From assembly GCA_951406725.2 (NCBI GenBank), contig OX597830.1, positions 55,924,001 through 55,988,000 of the forward strand: a stretch of 64,000 nt of DNA, given 5' to 3'. The stretch comes from Octopus vulgaris. Its lineage: Eukaryota. The notes beneath the pieces were generated by a model, which made no database searches, was not told the origin of the DNA, and saw only the letters and a list, made by a program, of their open reading frames with translations. This document shows, piece after piece, positions 54,857 through 64,000 of the stretch. The position numbers and the translations under genes are program-made. Each line of letters opens with the position of its first letter. The stretch's first letter is position 1.

Positions 54857-55230
54857 ATATCTATCAGATTTATACAATGAGAAGTGAAGTATTATAGAGA
54901 TATCACATTTATACAATGAACAAAACAAAAGCTATAGCCATATCACATATAAGAAAACTAAGGGAATACCAATATCACATTCATACTAAGAATAAAAGGG
55001 TAAGAGTTATAGTGATATCACATTGATACCATAAATAAGGAAGAAAAACTCTAGCATTATCACACTTATACCATGAACAAGATGACAAAACCTATAGCAA
55101 TTTCACATTTATGCCATGATTAAGTCAAAAGCTAAAGAAGTATCACATTTATACAATGAATAAGAGGATAAGAGCTACAGTGATATGACATAACAGAAAG
55201 TGTGATATCGATATAGCATCTCATTTACAG
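54857..55230. repeat. Degenerate ~40-bp tandem array (~9 units)
   Basis: Core CTATAGnnATATCACATTTATACAATGAA separated by variable A/G-rich linkers. Confidence 0.8.
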
Positions 55231-58200
55231 AATGAACATAAAGAAAGATAAACATTAATAATAATAATGCTACAAAACAAAAACAACATATTCCCCCAGA
55301 ATTCAATCTTCAAACATTTAATATTTTTGAGCAGCAACAAGAACAAGAATTGACTGAACAAATACAAGTGCATAATAAATATTAACAAACATTATTCTAT
55401 ATACATGGACGATATTTAAAAGTTTGGTGAAATACATAGAATACAAATGTTCCGTATGAGATATTACGTCTAAAAACATATAATATTCCAGCTAGAATAG
55501 TATTTTGGGAATTATAACCATAGTTAAATCTTTAATGATAATAGAAAATATGATATTAAATGACTGGAAATAATAATGCAATAATGGTTTCAAATTTTGG
55601 CACAAAGCCAGTAATTTTGAGGAGAGGGACAAAATTGCTTACACAGACCCCAGTGCTCAAATGGTACTTATTTTATCAACCCCAGGAAAAAATGAAAGGC
55701 AAAGTTGACCTCAGTGGGATCTGAACATAAGGAACGGGGATGCTACTAAGCATTTTCAGCAGTGCAGTAATGATTCTACCTGTTCATTGCCTTCATCATA
55801 ATAATAATCCATTCTACTAGATAGGCACAAGGCCTGATATTTTGAGGGAGGGGGGCTAATTGATTACATCGACTCCAGTGTATAACTGGCATTTATTTCA
55901 TTGACCCCGAAAGGATGAAAAGCAAAGTCAACCTCGGTGGAAATTGAACTCAGAACATAAGGAGAGATGAAATGCTGCTAAGCATTTTACCCGACATGCT
56001 AATGACTCTGCCATCTTGCTGCCTTAATAATAATAATAATAGTTTGTGATTGAGGCACAAAGGCAGCAATTTGAAGTGGGAAAGGAATTAGTTGATACCC
56101 TCAACCCCAGTACTTCACTAATACTTTATTTTATCAACCTCAAAAGGCAGAGCTAACTTCAGCTGCACTTGAACTTAGAACATTAAGAGGTGAAACAAAC
56201 ATTGCAAAGCATTTTGTCCGATGTTCTACCAATTCTGTCAGGTAGCAGAATAAAGTTGTTTAAATTCATCTGTGTTTGACTATGACAGTCTCATAGTGAG
56301 TAGGAGTTTTATACTCTCACAACTACATGGAAACTGGAATAGCTCAGGTCCAATGAACAAAAACTGGGGTAACACCTGGCATAATGCATCTGTAGGCTCA
56401 ACACAAAGTGCAAAAAATGACAAAAAAAGAAATGTCTGAATGGTACTTTATTCTACCAAGCTCAGAATGACAAAAGGCAAAGTTGTCATCAGATGGTCTT
56501 ATAAAAATAATGGTTTATAATTTAGGCATGAGGCATGACATTTTGAGGGGAAGGAATTAGTTGATAACATCAACCCCAATAGTTGACTGGTCTGTATTTT
56601 ATTGTCTACAAGGAAATGAAGAACTAAGATGACTTTGGCAGGATTTGAACTCAGCACTTGATGAGCCAGAACAAACATCACAAGATGCTTTGTCTGGCGC
56701 TCAAATGATTTCTGCTAATCCACCACTCTTGTAATAAAAATAATTCTGAGCATACATCAATGTTTTGATACTGACCTATTATCCATTACATTTCAGACAG
56801 ATTCAGTGCTAAGTTGCCAAAGCAGAAATATCGTTATAGCAAATATTCTGCTCAATGTCACAAATTTGCTTGACCATAACCACTTAAGCATGTACGTTAG
56901 TGGTTGACAATCTGTGCATCTCTGATCATGAGCAGGAGTAGTGGGAGAGCACCATAGCCAAGTGTTGAGAGGGATTCTTTATGGTTTGAATAAATGTCAC
57001 AAAAGCAAAGTCATTTTTCATATTTTCTAGGGGTAAGCAAATAGGAAATAACAAGTTGCTACCCAAGGACAAAAATTGTGTTACACAGTGTTATAATTTA
57101 ATTTGAAGAGTATTTTGAAGACTATCTTAATGTCAAAACTGATAAAATTGACACTTGTTGGTCCCTTAGCAGGTATACACATCTATTTCAAATATATACA
57201 GAAGCAGTAAATTCTTGTTTATATATCATCATCATCATTTAACATCTGCTTTCCATGTTGGCATAGGTTCAATGGTTTGACAGGAGCTGGCTGGGCAGAA
57301 AACTGCACCAAGTTCCAGTGTCCGTTTTGTCATGGTTTTTATGGTTGGATGCCCTTCCTAACACCAACCACCCTGCAGAGTGGACTGAGTGCTTTTTATG
57401 TGGCACCAGCAAGAGTTATGTCAATTTTGGCATGATTTTTACAGCTGGATGCCCTTGCAAACACCAACTACTTTACAGTGTGGACTGGATGCTTTTTACA
57501 TGGCATCAACACTGACAGGATCAGCAAGTAACTAGCAACACAAAGATCCTTTAAGGGGAGGGGGCACTGGAGGAGGTGATCATGTACCAGATGATGAAAG
57601 GTTAATGTGACAGAGAGACAGAAACAGGTGTCTGGTGCATGCATAGCTGTGTGATTAAGTAGTTTCCATTCCAGCCCAGTCGCACCACGGCATGGCATTT
57701 ATTTCCTATTATAGCACCTGGCTGAGCAAAGTCTCATGAGTGGATTTGGTAGATGGAAACTGTGTGGAATTCCAAGATGAAGATATATTTACAAATGGAT
57801 ATGTGTGTGTGAGTGTGTATGCACCTTGTCTTAACATTAAATATAGTTGCAAATTAGTGCCAGCATCATATAAGCAATGTTGCTCCTTCCCAATCTTCTG
57901 AGGAAACGTATCTGGTCATTAGGAATTATTATTACCTTAGTTGGAAACAGGCAACGATTGACGACTGAAAAGGTATCAAGCCATTGAAAGTCTCTTTCAA
58001 AAAAATTTCACCTAATCCATGCAGGTAGAAGTAGATGTTAAAATGATGATGATATATATGTGAGTACGTGTATATATATATATATATAAAATGTACTATT
58101 CTGTTATGTGATATGGGTGGAATCAACATAAAAGTACTCCATCCAGTGAGAAAAACATCATTTAATATATACAGGATTTGAATTTGAGCTACTATTAGTT

Positions 58201-58369
58201 TCATGCTTCTGAAAACACAGTGGTCAGACATAACTTACCAAGTATTTCCAAGCAACCCTGGATTGTTTGGAAGTAAGTGGCGTGCTATACAAGATTGTCT
58301 GAACATTGTATTTTCAGAAGCATGAATCTTACAACCGCTTGAAGTTAAATCCTGTACTTATTAAATATG

Positions 58370-58406
<37 letters not shown>

Positions 58407-59252
58407 TACATACATCTGGATCTAAAAAAAAGGGCACTAAAATGTATACTATAGTTTATTGATTGATTGATTTCAACTTACGTCTTCCTTCCCTTTCTTA
58501 CACTATATACATATATATATAAAAAAGCATATATGCTGTTTATCTCAACAACAGATGCTATAAATATTATGTTTTGTCACACACGACCACTGACCAATGC
58601 ACAATGAAGAAACCCTGAGATTTTTCAAAAATAGAATATTTTGGCAGTCATCATCATAAAGAACAGAAAACTCAGAGAAGCAAAGATTTGAATAAATATG
58701 TGAAGGTCCATGCATATATTTACAGATACACAAGTATCAATATTCTTACACTTCACACGTAGTCATATATTTGTATAAATGGGGAACATTCAATCAAATA
58801 TGAATTGAAAACGTAACTATGAATGATTTTTAAAAAAGAAAAAAATTCTATACATTCTGGACAATTGTTGCGGTTTCAGAGGTACAATGTCATAAATTGG
58901 TTGATGGAACCCATTTCGTAACAAAGAATTGTTTTCAAAGTTATATATACATATATAGACATACATACAAATTTATAAAGACAGATTTATATACAGAGAA
59001 TTAGTGTATAAACATGAAAAGAGATATCCACAGTAATCAAGAGCTCAATTAATAGCTCATTGTTAAATTTGAATATGTTCCCTACACTCACGGAGTGGTT
59101 GGCATTAGGAAGGGCATCCAGCTGTAGAAACACTGCCAAATCAGACTAGAGCCTGGTGCACCCTCCATGGCTTCCAGACCCCGTCCAACCCATGCTAGCA
59201 TGGAAAATGGACGTTAAATGATGATGATGATATTACAATGCAGTAAATTCAG

Positions 59253-59455
59253 GACATCATGCTTGGAATGGTCAGTGGCAAGAGAGGAAGAGGCTGACCA
59301 AGAACCCGCTGGTTTGACACCATCAAGAGTGATACCGGAATGGACATAGCCAGTCTGAGAGAAGCTGCCTGGCCCAGGATAGAACTGACTGGAGGACACT
59401 GATCCATGGAGTAACCAAGAGTCGACTTCGACTGAGCCGATAGATAGAGATAGAG
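59253..59455 (+). mobile_element. RTE-BovB-like LINE 3' end
   Basis: DIMLGMVSGKRGRG*PRTRWFDTIK...QDRTDWRTLIHGVTKSRLRLS plus (GATA)n tail. Confidence 0.8.
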
Positions 59456-59860
59456 AAATTCAGGTGGAACAAACTTGCATGTATATACAGAATCAACTAA
59501 AATGATAACTGATAGCACCATAGTTAGAATAAATAATCAGAAAAGCACAAATTTCACAAATACTTCAGACACAAACATACAACACATTACATGGACATAT
59601 TATAGCCTCTGAACAACAGTAAATGAAGAATAATTTTTTTTCCGAGTCCACTGATGTGTAAAGCTGAATGAAGGCCTGACAGAAAGAAATCTAGGTTTGG
59701 ATGTAATGTAACCCTGTTTACCACACACTTGACAAACACACATCAAACTCTACACACTTCTAGCATCAGGGTGAACATCAGGTGTTTAGATTCTGAATCA
59801 CAAAATAATAAAGAATATATATATGTTAATACAGTTCTATATTTAAGAGATGAGGAATTA

Positions 59861-60342
59861 TGTACATTATTTACATTTGATGGATATTTGTCCCCATCTT
59901 GTTTGTTGTTAACACATTTCAGCAGATATACCATCCAGCCTTCATCAGGTGTCTTGGGGAAATTTCGAATCTGGGTTCTCATTCCTAAGGTATTTTTTGA
60001 TGTTATTATTATTATTACTATTACTATTATTATTACTATTATTACTATTATTATTCAGGTCACTGCATGGAATCGAACTTGGAATGTTGAGGTTAGTAGC
60101 CCGCACTCTTAACCACTACGGCATAGTGGTTAAGAGTGCGGGCTACTAACCCCAAGATTCAGAGTTTGATTCCAGGCAGTGACCTGAATAATAATAACAT
60201 CAAAAAATACCTTACGAATGAGAACCCAGGTTCAAAATTTCCCCAAGACACCTGATGAAGGCTGGAGAGTATATCAGCCGAAATGTTGTGTTAACAACAA
60301 ACAAGATGAGGACAAATATCCATCAAATGTAAATAATGTATA
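59861..60342. mobile_element. Palindromic pair of tRNA-head + hammerhead-bearing repeat units
   Basis: Arms are reverse complements about 60121; each has A/B-box-like motifs and CTGATGA...GAAA. Confidence 0.85.
60247..60292 (+). ncRNA. Minimal type I hammerhead ribozyme motif
   Basis: GACAC-CTGATGA-A-GGCTGG(AGAGTATA)TCAGCC-GAAA-TG-TT-GTGTT. Confidence 0.65.
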
Positions 60343-62314
60343 TATTTGTTATACTTCAACAAGAGGGGTGACAGTGATTTTGAAGTTTTCGCCTATGTCT
60401 AATGAAAGTATATGTACACTACACAAAGCATTGAATTCAGTTAAATACTAGATTGTGGGGTTTATTTTTTGTTATAACTTGACATAAAAATGCACATTAA
60501 CATATATACACACACATATACATTTATACACATACAATATAGAAATACACACACACACACACATACAGACAGACAGAGTGGTAGGTAAACAAGGCTATGA
60601 CTACAAATATTAAGATAACAACAACAATCCCCAATATATTTACTAAGCTAAATATTAAGCATTCTTGAAATGCTAGATTTTATTTTCTTGAAAACAATTT
60701 TTTAAAACAAACTGCTATTTACACACATTAAAAATATGATTTTGTAGCCATGCAAATTTAGTAATGCCTAAAATAAATAGGAAGTCAATCAAATCCATCT
60801 GGTATTATTTGACAGCCACTTATTGTATTAACTACAGAAAAATTAAAAAAAATAATAATCTCAACTCAAAATGTAGAGACCTGACTGAATACCACAAGGC
60901 ATTATGCCTGATGTTCAACCAATTCTTCCATCCAGTCTTATGAATAATAATAATGATAAAGAGTTCTTACTGCAGTACATGACCACAAATTTATGAGTAT
61001 GGGATACAAAGTCTAGTGAAAATATACCCAGGTATATGACTGGTATTAATCACAATTAAAAAATAAACTTTACATCAACTGTAGTGGGATTTGAACTCAA
61101 GATGTAAAGAGAGTAAAGCTCAATGCTAAGTCCTTCAGTAGATCATATCACTATTGTTTCTTTCATTTTACTGCCTTCTTGGGGCAGAATTTCTTATTTA
61201 CGGACAAGGCCAGCAGTTCTGAGGGGAAGTGGTTAGTCAATACCACTGATCCCAGTATTTGACTGGTACTTTATTTTATCAATTCTGGAAGGATGTATGG
61301 CAAAGTTGACCTTGGCTGATTTGAACTCAGAATATACAGAGCAAAAAAAAAAAAAAAAAAAAGTCCTGCAATGCATTTATTCCAACGCTCTAACAATTCA
61401 ACCAGCCTGTCACCCTTGGGGCAGAAACAATAATAAAAATTGTGGTTTCAGTTTTTGGTACAAAACCAGTAATTTTTGGAGAGGGTTAGTTGATTCCATT
61501 GACTCCAGTATTAAATTAATACTTTATTTTATCAAACCAGAAAGGATGAAAGGTAAAGTTGGCTGTCTCAGAATTTGAACTCAGAATGTAAAGAACCTGA
61601 AGAAATGCCACTAAGCACTTTCTCTGGTATGCTAACAGTTCTGTCACCTCGCTGCCTTAGTAATAATAGTTTCAGATTTTGCCACAAGGCCAGCAATTTT
61701 AGAGGATGGGTAAATTGATTATATTCACCCCCGTGCCCAACCAATACTTATTTTATCAACATTGAAAAGATGAAAGGCAAAGTTAAACATTACAGAACAT
61801 AAAGATGGACAAAATGCCTGTCCAGCATGCTAATGATAATGCCAGCTTGCCTCAGTAATAATAACAATAATTTCTAACATAAGTACAAAGATATAAATAT
61901 GGGTGAACGAATACGTTGATAAAATCAAACACCAATATTTGATTGGTCCTTTATTTTATCAAGTCTCCCAATACTTGAGTGGTAATTCATTGTCACTTCC
62001 CAGACCACAACTGGTATCAATACCATATTTTATCTGTCTCAGAGGAATGGTAAGGCAAAGCCAACCTTTGGTGATATCCCATAGTCAGCAGGATCAGAAA
62101 TTTGTAGGAATAGAGTTTAACCACTTAATCTGACATGAGTATATTACGGGGAGAGAAGGCAAAGTTGACCTCTCTTGGGAAAGGAACCCAGAACATGGAG
62201 AGACAAACCTAAATATTGTAAAGTCAATTTTAGGGCCTCATTTTACAATTTCTGCCAACTCCCTAACAACATTAACAATATTACTATTATTATCAATAAT
62301 AATAATAATCATTA

Positions 62315-62396
62315 TCACAGTTTTCGGTTTCGTTTCGCTTCTTCACCAATTATAGTAGTTTTTCTTTTTCTCATTCCGGAATCTGGAAGATTCAAG
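62315..62396 (-). CDS. TOPBP1: TOPBP1 terminal exon with bipartite-NLS-like C-terminus
   Basis: Poly-T/taag acceptor, phase matches previous exon; LNLPDSGMRKRKTTIIGEEAKRNRKL*. Confidence 0.78.
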
Positions 62397-62778
62397 CTTA
62401 AATGAAAAAAAAAAAAAAATCAATATTAATATCAATGAATCAATATCTGTTGGCAACCTATTACATTAACTATACAAGTGCTAGCTCTGCTTACAATGGT
62501 GAAATACACGCATACATACACACATCACTTCGCATATAACACACACACACACACACATATACATCTAGGTAAACCTGGATGTTGAGCAGTAGGACCTCAG
62601 ATGTTCTACGTTTACTATCCTCAGCTCTCACTTCATTTCATGGTCCTCTTTGATATTTGTAGTGGTAGTGGGGAGGCACATGACTTAGTGGTTAGGGTAT
62701 TTAGCTCATGATTGTAAGGTTGTGAGTTTGACACCTGGCAGTACATTGTGCATGCAAAAGGTTAAAAGCTATATTTAC

Positions 62779-62912
62779 CTGGCTCTTAAAGCAATGACTT
62801 CAGGAGGACAAAATTCATCAGGTGACTGTAGTACTTCATTTGAAAGGTAAGCAGCAATATAATCAGGACGGAGACAAAGTACATTGTTTCGCAATAAGGT
62901 TTCTAAGTCACT
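62779..62912 (-). CDS. TOPBP1: TOPBP1 penultimate exon (end of last BRCT domain)
   Basis: SDLETLLRNNVLCLRPDYIAAYLSNEVLQSPDEFCPPEVI resembles recalled human NVYCLRTEYIADYL...NYCLPEAI; cacag acceptor, gtaaat donor. Confidence 0.8.
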
Positions 62913-63335
62913 CTGTGAAGATAAACAACAGATATATTTTAGAATATGACACACACACTCTCCCTCTCTCTTGTATATATATATGAAATCTTAAAAGGTG
63001 TACTGTGTAGTGTTTACTTAGTATATATTGGGTGGTATATTTGAATCCATAGGTTATATTTTCTGTGGTATGTCCTACAAAACTAAGACCCAATAATGTG
63101 AGTTACACCATTCAATGTGAATGTGTGTGTATAAATGGATGCAGGCATAGCTGTATGGTTGAGAAATCTGCTTCCCAACCATGTGGTCTCAGATGTAGTG
63201 GTACTTTAGGCAAGTGTCTTCTACTATAGCCCATGGCCAACCAAAATCTTGTGAATGGATGTGGTAGACAAACTGAAAGAAGCATGTCATATGTGTGTGT
63301 GAAACCTTGTTCTGACATTATATGATGGTTGTAAA

Positions 63336-63439
63336 CAGGGCTGTGGGAGTCGGAGTCAGTAAAATAGACCACAATCACTTATTTACATAGAGGAGTGAGA
63401 GTTGGAGTCGAAATTTTTTGTTTTGACTCCACAGCCCTG
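63336..63439. mobile_element. 104-bp hAT-type MITE with perfect 8-bp target-site duplication
   Basis: CAGGGCTGTGG(G)AGTC...GACTCCACAGCCCTG flanked by GTTGTAAA (63328-63335, 63440-63447). Confidence 0.9.
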
Positions 63440-64000
63440 GTTGTAAACAAGCTTTAACACCATACAAGCAATGTTTCTTGCTGGCCATCCATGAAAAACA
63501 TGGCAGGCAATGGTGAAATATTACTTTACCTGAAAGCAGGTAGAATATTTGGGATTAGAAAATCTACCCCAACAAAGTCCACCTGATTCATGCTTGCACA
63601 GTAAAGTGGACATTAAATGACAATGATGATGATGATATATTGATAAAAACCAACTGAGAGAAATAACTCAGAGTGACTGGTGGTATGAAATTTGAACTCA
63701 GAACATAAAGACAGACGAAATACCTTTAAGCATTTTGCCTGGTGTGCTCACAATTCTGCCAGCTTGCCACCTTATTCATTCTCAATATTATATGAGAACG
63801 TCTGTCCATGGAGGAATATTACTTTGCTTGGAAACAAGTGCGGGTTGGCAACAGGAAGGGCTGCTGCCAACCCATGCTAGCATGGAAAACGGACGTTAAA
63901 CAATGATGATGATGATGATATATACCCATAAACATATAGAACAAGCTCCTTTTCAACTAAATAGAAATGAGAAGGTAGGCAGCTTTACTTACAGTAGTGA

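Noticed and set aside
54857-55230. CRISPR-like repeat/spacer appearance
   Set aside because: Eukaryotic context, no cas genes, degenerate repeats, and short low-complexity linkers.
60120-60185. Functional tRNA gene
   Set aside because: No complete acceptor stem or T-run terminator; it continues into repeat body, so it is a tRNA-derived head.

Overview
This is AT-rich, microsatellite- and SINE-dense animal genomic DNA. The SINE families point to an octopod cephalopod (inferred). Four protein-coding genes could be read by hand using GT/AG boundaries and matching codon phase. (1) DHX38/PRP16 spliceosomal DEAH helicase, minus strand: ATG at 34636, 19 exons down to 5081 (999 codons), with the rest of the gene outside the window. 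(2) A single-coding-exon LRR/FN3-like transmembrane gene (+, 449-2119) apparently nested antisense in a DHX38 intron. (3) A complete 9-exon LRRC69-like gene (+, 35327-49510, 357 aa), head-to-head with DHX38. (4) The last two exons of TOPBP1 (-, 62315-62912), possibly with a ~7.6 kb 3'UTR. Repeats include CR1-type, RTE/BovB, Dong/R4 and Penelope-like retroelements, mariner, hAT and Helitron derivatives, and several SINE families. The most unusual observations are: a spacer-less palindrome of two units that each combine a tRNA-like Pol III head with a hammerhead ribozyme motif (59861-60342); a second hammerhead pair (9598-9847); and a SINE whose target-site duplication copied a DHX38 5' splice site, creating a possible poison alternative donor (23104-23363). 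All homology calls are from recall, not from database searches.
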